Part shown: in pieces, positions 10,759-19,199 of the stretch
Layout: every line of letters starts with the position of its first letter
Numbering within the stretch: position 1 is the first letter of the stretch
Assembly: GCF_000027125.1 (NCBI RefSeq)
Contig: NC_017626.1
From: Escherichia coli 042
Lineage (GTDB): Bacteria > Pseudomonadota > Gammaproteobacteria > Enterobacterales > Enterobacteriaceae
Reading direction: 5' to 3' (one strand)
DNA length: 64,000 nucleotides
The notes under the pieces: model-generated
The model's database searches: none
Told to the model about the DNA's origin: nothing
The model's input: the letters and a program-made list of their open reading frames with translations, nothing else
Made by a program: the position numbers and the translations under genes

Positions 10759-10953
10759 ATGCTGGCTACTACCCCTACCCAAAAACCGCAATTTATCTGG
10801 ATTATCGCCGCAGTTCGCCGCGATTGCCCGACAATTACCGCCAAAATTCATCATATTGCTGCCGAGTCTGAACGCGATGCTCGCCGTTCTCTGGTGCGCG
10901 ATCACGTCTGCTTTTTTGCTGGTCGTATCCGCATGGAGGTGGCACATGATTAA
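10759..10953 (+). CDS. Icd-like small protein (host cell-division inhibitor family, tentative)
   Basis: 64 aa; ...FIWIIAAVRRDCP...[15 protein letters not shown] is homologous to the island-2 ORF 51527..51724; RBS ggagg upstream. Confidence 0.5.
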   Translation: MLATTPTQKPQFIWIIAAVRRDCPTITAKIHHIAAESERDARRSLVRDHVCFFAGRIRMEVAHD

Positions 10954-11156
10954 AACCTACGATGTGCATATGGATCCCCTCGAACGCACAAGCCAGATCA
11001 TCACACTGACAGAAGTGATTAACGACATTCTGGTGAGCAACTCTCCCTCACGAGACGAAAGACTGAAGGCGTTACTCGCGATATTGGATCTCGCCGTTCG
11101 TGACGTTCATTTCCTGCTGGAAGGTGGCGAAATGCCAGGAAAAACGGGGGCAACCA

Positions 11157-11351
11157 ATGAATAACTCAATTAATGCCCCTCGACTTACGTCCGCACTTCA
11201 ATTAATCGAGCAAGCAGCGGCTGTCCTGGTTGCTGTCAGTCTTTCGGCTGAAGAAATGGACGCTGCTGATGTCGTGGATGCGATTAAAGCGTGCTCATCT
11301 TTGGTTAACGATGCCCGTGCAGAGCTGGTAATTCTTGGGGGTGAAAAATGA
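11157..11351 (+). CDS. Hypothetical small protein
   Basis: ORF 11100..11351, start placed at MNNSINAPRL; part of a chain of overlapping small ORFs upstream of the primase. Confidence 0.45.
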   Translation: MNNSINAPRLTSALQLIEQAAAVLVAVSLSAEEMDAADVVDAIKACSSLVNDARAELVILGGEK

Positions 11352-11611
11352 ATATCAACTTAATTTATCGTCATCCGTGTGAGCTGGAAATTGAATCATT
11401 GCTGAGTCGTGAAGAGCTATATCCAGACACATTCACTCTTGCAGATCGCACGACTGAACGGCTTACCAGAGCGCGCACAGGTCTGGTTCATGTGATGAAT
11501 GAGATTCTTCCATCGGTGGGAGGGGAACAGGCGACAGTAATCAATAGCTGGCTACAAAAAGTTACCTCCCTGATAGATATCAGTTTAATCGATGCGGAGA
11601 GTGCGAAATGA
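11348..11611 (+). CDS. Hypothetical small protein
   Basis: 87-aa ORF, start overlaps the upstream stop. Confidence 0.45.
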   Translation: MNINLIYRHPCELEIESLLSREELYPDTFTLADRTTERLTRARTGLVHVMNEILPSVGGEQATVINSWLQKVTSLIDISLIDAESAK

Positions 11612-11829
11612 CCAACATCCAGCTCATTGAAGCGCAATGTCGCATCGAACAGGTTCAGACTGTTTTAGGGTTCTGGCTTGAAGGGGCCAGCCCCAGCAAC
11701 AGAGACAAGTTAATGATTGGCGCGGTTATGTCACTGCTCAATGGCGTACCAGAAGCTATTCAGGAAGCAGACGAATTGTTGGGCAAATATGAGTTACAGA
11801 ATCATTCAGGCGAGGCGAAACATGAATAA
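11608..11829 (+). CDS. Hypothetical small protein
   Basis: 73-aa ORF, start overlaps the upstream stop. Confidence 0.45.
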   Translation: MTNIQLIEAQCRIEQVQTVLGFWLEGASPSNRDKLMIGAVMSLLNGVPEAIQEADELLGKYELQNHSGEAKHE

Positions 11830-12424
11830 TTTCTTAACCTTCCATGCAGAAGCAACGCCTGACGGCGTAAACATCATGCACCGCAGCAACGATGGCATGA
11901 CAGAACGCGTTGAGACCGTTTCATATATTGATGCCGTAAATCGTCTGGATGCCGGGGATTATGACGATAAACCAGATGAAGGTATGTCAATACATCTCGC
12001 TATTGCCGATGGCGGCAACCAGGGATATTTCGATTACACATCACAGCATAACGTCATTATGTGGAGATGGCTGATCGCAACAGTATTCATGCTGGAAATG
12101 AGAGAGGAAAACGGCACTGTCAGCATCATTGATGATACTGGCAATCCTTCCGAAGTGGCTGTTTATTCCAACGGCATCGTCGCCATGCCGCTGTATCCAG
12201 TAGCAGAGCGCCTCGCTATGGCAAACAACATTGAGGGCGCGATGATAGAACGTTTTGGCATCGAGTCTGGCACAGAACGCGCCATCATTTTCTACAGAGC
12301 CATGATGGATGTGGAACAAGGAGCACTGACTCCATTTGGTCGTGAAACGCTTGCTGAACTTCACAACAGCTTTATAGCTGAACTGAATGAAAACGGCATG
12401 CCAGCGGAACCAGTGACGCACTGA
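11822..12424 (+). CDS. Hypothetical protein
   Basis: ORF 11717..12424; start placed at MNNFLTFHAEA, overlapping the previous stop. Confidence 0.45.
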   Translation: MNNFLTFHAEATPDGVNIMHRSNDGMTERVETVSYIDAVNRLDAGDYDDKPDEGMSIHLAIADGGNQGYFDYTSQHNVIMWRWLIATVFMLEMREENGTVSIIDDTGNPSEVAVYSNGIVAMPLYPVAERLAMANNIEGAMIERFGIESGTERAIIFYRAMMDVEQGALTPFGRETLAELHNSFIAELNENGMPAEPVTH

Positions 12425-12434
12425 GGATGGATCC

Positions 12435-12776
12435 ATGATTACTAAAAATTTCCGACTGAATGCGCTGGCAAATAAGTATGCGTCGGCACTGTATAACCAC
12501 ATTACCTCCACCAGCGGCGGGGACTATTTCATGGTTCATGCGGACGGCGAGGCCGTCCGTGTGGAAATCGTCAATGGAGTAAAAGGCGTTCGCAGCCTGA
12601 TCGATAGCTACACACTGGCAGCCATGAAAGTGTTCTACCCGCAGTGGGAAACCGTGGGGATAGAGCTTCTTGATCGTTGCGTCACTAAGGACGGATTGAC
12701 TGACGTCGGGCGTGAGATATGGCAAAGCATGGTTAATGACATGGGCGCAACTGTAGCGGGAGGTTCTCATGCGTGA
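12435..12776 (+). CDS. Hypothetical protein
   Basis: 113-aa ORF. Confidence 0.45.
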   Translation: MITKNFRLNALANKYASALYNHITSTSGGDYFMVHADGEAVRVEIVNGVKGVRSLIDSYTLAAMKVFYPQWETVGIELLDRCVTKDGLTDVGREIWQSMVNDMGATVAGGSHA

Positions 12777-13140
12777 AAATGCAGAAATGGCGCTTAGCTC
12801 CGCAATCGGAGAGCAGGTGGCAAAGATTGCTGGCGCTGTGTGGATTCATAACCTTCATTCTACTGGTGAAGAGAAAATGGCAATTCAGACGCCAGAGGGA
12901 CGCACCATTACTACATCTCTGAAGGCGTCAGATGTTTGTGATCTGATTTGCGCATTCATGTACCCAGCAATGAGGACTGTCCACGGCGATAAGTGGAAAC
13001 TTGCGACAACCGCTGAATTTGATATGTGGCTAAACAATGATGGCATGCTGACTGATTACGGAATAACCAAGTGGCAGATGCTGGTTAGCCATATCGCAAA
13101 CGCTATAGACCACGTGGGGTACGGTGATGCGAAACATTGA
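12769..13140 (+). CDS. Hypothetical protein
   Basis: 123-aa ORF overlapping its neighbours. Confidence 0.45.
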   Translation: MRENAEMALSSAIGEQVAKIAGAVWIHNLHSTGEEKMAIQTPEGRTITTSLKASDVCDLICAFMYPAMRTVHGDKWKLATTAEFDMWLNNDGMLTDYGITKWQMLVSHIANAIDHVGYGDAKH

Positions 13141-15883
13141 TCTTATCCGCCAGGTTATCAGTGCGTCTGAAAACAACTGGCCTCATGTGCTGGGCTGCCT
13201 GAACATAAATGTCCCTGACTCTCCGCGCCGTCATGCTCCCTGCCCTGCATGTGGGGGCAAAGATCGATTCCGGTTCGATGACAACGGGCGCGGTAGCTTC
13301 ATCTGTAATCAGTGCGGCGCTGGTGATGGACTGGATTTAATTAAACGCGTAAATAACTGCGACACAACAGAGGCGGCGCTTCTTGCCGCTGATGTTCTGG
13401 GTATTGATTACCGGACAACGGAAACACCAGAAGCCACCAGCCAGAAACGGGAACAACTGGAAACCGAGCGCCAGCGACGCGAACAGGAGCGCCTGAAAAG
13501 GGCAGAGAAGGACGAACAACAAAGACGGGATACGTTTTCCCGTCAGTTTGATGACATGCGCAGAAAGGCTGTAAACGGCAAATCTGATTATCTGGTTGCG
13601 AAAGGGGTAGGTGATTTTACATTCCCCGTGTTGCCCGATGGATCTCTGTTGCTGGCGCTGGTGGATAAATCCGGCGCAGTAACAGCAGCACAGACTATTA
13701 CCTCACATGGTGAAAAAAGACTCCTGACAGGTTCAGCAAAGCGAGGGGCATATCACGCCATAAACGCACCAGAAACAACACAGAGCATCTTAATCGCAGA
13801 AGGGCTGGCAACGGCATTATCTGCCCATTTAATTCGTCCAGAGGCGCTGACAGTGGCGGCGATTGATGCCGGGAACCTGTTATATGTCGCCCAGGTACTG
13901 CGGGATAAATTTCCTTCAGCACAAATCATCATTGCTGCGGATAACGACCACAGCGAAGGAAGACAAAACACGGGGAGAATAGCAGCAGAAAAAGCAGCTT
14001 TATCTGTTTCTGGATGGGTGGCATTACCCCCGACAGATCACAAAGCAGACTGGAATGATTACCACCAAAAACACGGCATTAAATGCGCCACAGAAGCGTT
14101 CAATAAGTCAATGTACCAACCACAGGGTAATGGCGTGAAACAGGAGCCACAGACCATTGAGGGAAGCGATTTTAAGGTTATGGATACCGACCCACTGAAA
14201 CCAAGAATAGAAAGCCGCGAGGATGGTATTTATTGGGTATCTCCGAGAGCTGACAGCCAGAGTGGAGAAATCATCAATAACGAAAGCTGGTTATGTTCTC
14301 CGTTAAGCGTTATCGGTACTGGCAGAGACGATAAAGACCAGTATCTCATTCTTCGCTGGCTGTCGTTTGGTTCTGAAACGCCGACAACCGCTGCCATTCC
14401 ACTGGCTGATATTGGTGAACGTGAAGGATGGCGCACACTTAAAGCTGGTGGGGTAAATGTCACGACCAAAAGCAGCCTCAGAGCAATACTGGCAGACTGG
14501 CTACAACGCAGTGGCTCTCGTGAATTGTGGCGTGTTGCTCATGCCACTGGCTGGCAATGCGGAGCGTACATCATGCCTGATGGGGAAATCATCGGAACAC
14601 CTGAAAATCCTGTGCTGTTCAGCGGGAGAAGCTCAGCCGCAGCCGGATATACCGTCTCAGGGAGCGCGAAAAGCTGGCGTGATAACGTGGCGCGTCTGGC
14701 CTTTGGTAACTATTCAATGATGACCGGGATCGGCGCAGCACTGGCAGCGCCATTGATTGGGCTGGTGGGCGCTGACGGGTTCGGCATTCATTTCTATGAG
14801 CAGTCGAGCGCAGGTAAGACCACCACGGCAAACGTGGCGAGCAGCTTATACGGCAACCCTGATTTACTGCGGCTGACGTGGTACGGAACCGCGCTGGGGC
14901 TGGCAAATGAGGCCGCCGCCCACAATGACGGACTAATGCCGCTTGATGAAGTTGGTCAGGGCGCTGATCCTGTCAGCGTTTCACAGTCTGCCTATGCGTT
15001 ATTTAACGGTGTAGGGAAACTGCAAGGCGCTAAAGATGGTGGAAACCGGGATCTAAAACGCTGGCGTACAGTGGCAATCAGCACCGGAGAAATGGATTTA
15101 GAAACATTTATCGCTACTTCCGGGCGAAAAACCAAAGCCGGGCAACTGGTGCGACTGCTGAATATTCCGTTGAGTAAAGCAGTACGCTTTCACGATTACC
15201 AGAACGGAAAACAGCACGCAGACGCACTGAAAGACGCTTACCAGCATCACCACGGCGCAGCCGGGCGTGAGTGGATTAAATGGCTGGCAGACCACCAGCA
15301 ACAGGCAATTAAAACTGTTCGTGACTGCGAAAGCAGATGGAGAAGTCTGATCCCATCCGATTATGGTGAGCAGGTTCACCGTGTAGCCGCGCGATTTGCC
15401 ATTCTGGAGGCCGCATTGCTGTTAGGCGAGGTTGTAACAGGCTGGGATGCTCAGACATGCCGTGATGCGATACAGCACAGCTATAACGCATGGTTGCGCG
15501 AGTTCGGCACAGGTAACAAAGAACATCAGCAGATTATTGAACAAACGGAGGCATTTCTTAATGCCTATGGGCTTAGCCGTTTTGCACCATTTCCATACAG
15601 CCCGGCAGATTTGCCCATCAAAGATTTAGCCGGATACCGTCAGCGTGGAGAACATGACGAAAGCCCAATGATTTTCTACACATTCCCGGCCACATTTGAA
15701 AAGGAGATCGCATGTGGTTTCAACGCAAAACAGTTTGCTGAAGTGTTGAAAAAAGCCGGGATGCTAACCCCACCAAACAGCGGTCGTGGATACCAAAGAA
15801 AATCACCACGTATTCAGGGACGACAAATAAACGTTTATGTACTCAATTACCAGCCAGGAGATTACAACTCATCTGAAGAATGA
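13124..15883 (+). CDS. P4 alpha-like primase/helicase (zinc-binding N-terminus, TOPRIM primase, D5-type NTPase)
   Basis: 919 aa; CPACGGKDRFRFDDNGRGSFICNQCGAGDGLD parallels the island-2 alpha N-terminus; IAEGLATAL...IIIAADND (TOPRIM); SSAGKTT (P-loop). Confidence 0.85.
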   Translation: MMRNIDLIRQVISASENNWPHVLGCLNINVPDSPRRHAPCPACGGKDRFRFDDNGRGSFICNQCGAGDGLDLIKRVNNCDTTEAALLAADVLGIDYRTTETPEATSQKREQLETERQRREQERLKRAEKDEQQRRDTFSRQFDDMRRKAVNGKSDYLVAKGVGDFTFPVLPDGSLLLALVDKSGAVTAAQTITSHGEKRLLTGSAKRGAYHAINAPETTQSILIAEGLATALSAHLIRPEALTVAAIDAGNLLYVAQVLRDKFPSAQIIIAADNDHSEGRQNTGRIAAEKAALSVSGWVALPPTDHKADWNDYHQKHGIKCATEAFNKSMYQPQGNGVKQEPQTIEGSDFKVMDTDPLKPRIESREDGIYWVSPRADSQSGEIINNESWLCSPLSVIGTGRDDKDQYLILRWLSFGSETPTTAAIPLADIGEREGWRTLKAGGVNVTTKSSLRAILADWLQRSGSRELWRVAHATGWQCGAYIMPDGEIIGTPENPVLFSGRSSAAAGYTVSGSAKSWRDNVARLAFGNYSMMTGIGAALAAPLIGLVGADGFGIHFYEQSSAGKTTTANVASSLYGNPDLLRLTWYGTALGLANEAAAHNDGLMPLDEVGQGADPVSVSQSAYALFNGVGKLQGAKDGGNRDLKRWRTVAISTGEMDLETFIATSGRKTKAGQLVRLLNIPLSKAVRFHDYQNGKQHADALKDAYQHHHGAAGREWIKWLADHQQQAIKTVRDCESRWRSLIPSDYGEQVHRVAARFAILEAALLLGEVVTGWDAQTCRDAIQHSYNAWLREFGTGNKEHQQIIEQTEAFLNAYGLSRFAPFPYSPADLPIKDLAGYRQRGEHDESPMIFYTFPATFEKEIACGFNAKQFAEVLKKAGMLTPPNSGRGYQRKSPRIQGRQINVYVLNYQPGDYNSSEE

Positions 15884-15908
15884 GCTTCTTCATGTGCGTA
15901 GAAAAGGC

Positions 15909-16020
15909 GTTGGTTCAGTTGGTTCAGTTGGTTCAATTTGTAAAGAGTATTGTTTTATAAGGATTTTATTCTTTTTATTGAACCAACACTGAACCAACAA
16001 CACGGTATTTTGAACCAACA
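15909..16020. repeat. Iteron cluster (candidate replication origin / primase binding site)
   Basis: Three tandem GTTGGTTCA followed by three inverted TGAACCAAC(A) copies, immediately 3' of the primase gene. Confidence 0.6.
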
Positions 16021-16467
16021 CAATGTGACTGAATTGATGCGCACAACACCTGGCTGGCATCAGAGAGTATTTTACGAGACTTTCGTAAAATCCTGTGTAC
16101 AAGGGCGTGACGTTTTTGAAAGTGAGCACTACGAAATTTTCGTAGTTCAGAAAACAGCCACTGAGAAGTTGTTATGCCTGTTCAGCAAACCATCCGCATA
16201 GCTGATCGCGAATCAAATTACCAATGGAGCCAGAAGCAAGGGCAGAACTGAAAAGCGCCTGCCGTGAAGGGTAATGCGACACCATAAATATAGTTTTTAG
16301 AGTCCATAAAAAACCTGTCAAAACCTGACACACAGAACGATGCCACCAGCTACTGAGCGGTGGCATTTTTTTGTGCTATCTGTTTCATATTTTGCAATTA
16401 CGATGATGAATATTGCGATTTGTGAAACTATAATAACTGTTGTTTTATACAGTTCTAAGGGGGCGTT

Positions 16468-16629
16468 ATGGCTATTTCAGTAAAGCCGGTATTGATAAGT
16501 GAGAAGCAAATGGAAGCGATAAAGAAAATTCAGGAAGAGCAGCGTAAAAAATCAGGAATTGGAGTAGCGCCAACTCTGCATGAAATTGCTCGAGGGTTAA
16601 TAGATAAGGCGCTGGCAGGCTGTATGTGA
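16468..16629 (+). CDS. Hypothetical small protein (53 aa, below ORF-track cutoff)
   Basis: ATG at 16468 with SD aaggggg 6 nt upstream; MAISVKPVLISEKQMEAIKKIQEEQRKKSGIGVAPTLHEIARGLIDKALAGCM; stop at 16627-16629. Confidence 0.4.
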   Translation: MAISVKPVLISEKQMEAIKKIQEEQRKKSGIGVAPTLHEIARGLIDKALAGCM

Positions 16630-16645
16630 AAATGGATGGCATCGC

Positions 16646-17107
16646 ATGGAACTAAAATTTATTGATAACCCTGTGCGATTACAGGCCTTTCTTAACGATC
16701 CTGGCAATACCGAAAATATTGTTGAGCCGGGGCACACGTACTACATCAAGCCTGATGCGGTATATCTCGGCATCTACGAAGGATTGGTGCTGGCTGGCGT
16801 TCATGAAGTGCGTAACTTCTGGCATAGCATTGTTGAATGCCATGCGGTGTACGACCCCGGATTCCGTGGTGAATATGCACTGCAAGGGCATCGATTATTC
16901 TGCAAATGGCTTCTCGAAAACTCACCATTCCTTAACAGCATCACTATGGTTCCTGACACCACGAAATACGGACGGGCAATTATCCGTTTGCTTGGCGCTA
17001 CCCGTGTTGGTCACCTTGATGATGCTTATATCAGATGTGGTAAACCCGTCGGCGTAACGCTTTATCAGTTAACTCGGCAACAATATAAGGAATTCAGCGA
17101 ATGTTAA
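16646..17107 (+). CDS. Hypothetical protein, first gene of a four-gene coupled operon
   Basis: 153-aa ORF; its stop overlaps the next start. Confidence 0.55.
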   Translation: MELKFIDNPVRLQAFLNDPGNTENIVEPGHTYYIKPDAVYLGIYEGLVLAGVHEVRNFWHSIVECHAVYDPGFRGEYALQGHRLFCKWLLENSPFLNSITMVPDTTKYGRAIIRLLGATRVGHLDDAYIRCGKPVGVTLYQLTRQQYKEFSEC

Positions 17108-17778
17108 TTACCCATATAGCTCATAAACATCTCAATCGTGCCGTATACGAAAAAGGCGGTGATGGTGGTGCCTCTAAAGCTCAGGCGAAGGCCCAGCAGC
17201 AGGCAATTGATTTGCAGCGCGAGCAGTGGAATACGGTGATGAATAATCTCAAGCCGTATGCAGAAGTCGGATTGCCTGCTTTACAACAACTACAAGGACT
17301 GATGACTCTGGAAGGGCAGAATAAAGCCGCGAATGATTTCTTTGGTTCTGGTTTATATAAAACACAGGCAGATCAGGCCCGTTATCAGAACCTTGTCTCA
17401 GCAGAAGCTACCGGGGGGCTTGGCTCAACAGCTACCAGTAACCAGTTATCTTCCATTGCGCCCATGCTTTATAACAATTGGCTTAGTGGGCAAATGCAAA
17501 ATTATGGAAACCTGCTAAATGTCGGGATGAATGCGGCATCAGGGCAGGCAACGGCAGGGCAAAACTACGCCAATAATACCGGACAACTCTTGCAGGGGCT
17601 TGGCGCTATTCGTGCAGGTCAGGCGCAGCAGCCATCCAGTCTTGCGCGTGGTATTGGTGGGGCGGCATCAGGCGCTTTAGCGGGTGCGCAACTTGGTTCC
17701 GTTGTTCCGGGTATAGGTAATGTCGCCGGGGCTATTGGTGGTGGGCTTATTGGTCTTGTTGGGGGGCTTGGATTCTAA
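17101..17778 (+). CDS. Hypothetical protein with glycine-zipper C-terminus
   Basis: 225 aa; C-terminus GIGGAASGALAGAQLGSVVPGIGNVAGAIGGGLIGLVGGLGF. Confidence 0.55.
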   Translation: MLITHIAHKHLNRAVYEKGGDGGASKAQAKAQQQAIDLQREQWNTVMNNLKPYAEVGLPALQQLQGLMTLEGQNKAANDFFGSGLYKTQADQARYQNLVSAEATGGLGSTATSNQLSSIAPMLYNNWLSGQMQNYGNLLNVGMNAASGQATAGQNYANNTGQLLQGLGAIRAGQAQQPSSLARGIGGAASGALAGAQLGSVVPGIGNVAGAIGGGLIGLVGGLGF

Positions 17779-19199
17779 TGGCGACATGGCAACTTGGCGG
17801 GCTGCCTAGCATGGCACCGCAAAATGATAATGCTCCTCGTTCTTCCGTTCCTCAGCCTGTGCAGTATCAGCAGCAGCCAAACGTAGGTTTAATGGCGCTA
17901 CAGGGGCTAAGAGGCGTTGCTGAGATTAATCAGCAGGCACGTCAACAACAGCGTAAAGCAGAGTTTCAGAAAGCATATGCCGGGGCTTTTGAGTCTGGAG
18001 ACAGAAACAAAATGCGCAGTCTTATTTCTGAGTATCCAGAAGAATTTGAAAGCGTTCAGAAAGGGATGGGCTTTATTGATGACGACCAGAGAAATTCTAT
18101 TGGTCATCTTGCGACTAGTGCTCAAATCGCATCTTCGCTCGGAACTGGGGCATTTGGAAAATTCATAGCAGATAACGAAGATGAAATGCGTCGCTTGGGA
18201 ATTTCTCCTGAGTCTGTTGCCGAAATGCATGTTAATGATCCACAGGAATTCCAGCGGCTTGCTGGTAGTATGGCACTGTTTTCTCTCGGTCATGAGAAGT
18301 ACTTCGATATCAAAGATCGAATGGAAGGTCGGGATATTGAGCGTGGCAAGTTGGCAGAGACAATCCGCAGCAATCAGGCTGGAGAGGCGCTTCAGGCGAG
18401 AGGGCAGGATATTAGCCGAGCAAATGCGTTAACGTCAGCATATGCACCAACAGCCGCAATGCAGAATTACAATCAGTACGCGCAAATGTTAAAGGCGGAT
18501 CCAGAGGGGGCAGCGGCATTTGCGGCAGCGGCTGGAATTAATACAAACGCCAAAAAATTAATGAGTGTTAGGGAAAACGATGATGGCACTGTCACAAAAT
18601 ACTACACAGACGGAAGTGAAGAGCAGGGAAAACTAAACCAGCCAATATCTGGAGATGGGTTTCGTCCAATAGCTTTGCCAACAGCCCAAAAGATCATGGA
18701 AAAGTCGCCAGAAGGGGCTAAAAAAGCTGCTGGATTTGCATACAGAGTTAGGGATGCTCTTGATTCAATGGATACACTGAAAGGCCAGCTTAGCCCACAG
18801 CGAGTGGCGATCATTAATAATGCTTTGGGTAATGGGACGCTGGCTAACTTAACGCTCAGCCCAACAGAGCAGCAATACGTTGTTAATGCTAATGACGCAA
18901 TAATGGCAATACTCCGTCAGGAAACAGGGGCAGCTATCGTACCTGCTGAAATGTCAAAATATTATCAAATGTATTTCCCTCAGCCTGGCGACTCCACAAA
19001 AACCATTGATACCAAGCGCCGGAAGATGGAAAACCAGTTCAATTCGCTGAAAGCTGCTTCTGGTCGAGCTTATGATGCTTTGCGTGTTATTTCAGCAGTT
19101 GACAGAGGAACTTCTTCTTCGTCGCAGACATTGCCGCAATCTGAGCAGGTATCACAGCCAGCAGCCAGCAGTAATTTTTCTTCACTATGGGGTGATTAA
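17778..19199 (+). CDS. Hypothetical protein (Q/A-rich)
   Basis: 473-aa ORF, start overlaps the previous stop. Confidence 0.55.
   Translation: MATWQLGGLPSMAPQNDNAPRSSVPQPVQYQQQPNVGLMALQGLRGVAEINQQARQQQRKAEFQKAYAGAFESGDRNKMRSLISEYPEEFESVQKGMGFIDDDQRNSIGHLATSAQIASSLGTGAFGKFIADNEDEMRRLGISPESVAEMHVNDPQEFQRLAGSMALFSLGHEKYFDIKDRMEGRDIERGKLAETIRSNQAGEALQARGQDISRANALTSAYAPTAAMQNYNQYAQMLKADPEGAAAFAAAAGINTNAKKLMSVRENDDGTVTKYYTDGSEEQGKLNQPISGDGFRPIALPTAQKIMEKSPEGAKKAAGFAYRVRDALDSMDTLKGQLSPQRVAIINNALGNGTLANLTLSPTEQQYVVNANDAIMAILRQETGAAIVPAEMSKYYQMYFPQPGDSTKTIDTKRRKMENQFNSLKAASGRAYDALRVISAVDRGTSSSSQTLPQSEQVSQPAASSNFSSLWGD

Noticed and set aside
10097-11164. 355-aa plus-strand ORF
   Set aside because: Spans the conserved block that shows RNA-type compensatory changes and overlaps the better-supported icd-like ORF (10759..10953) in another frame; the homologous region in island 2 has no equivalent long ORF
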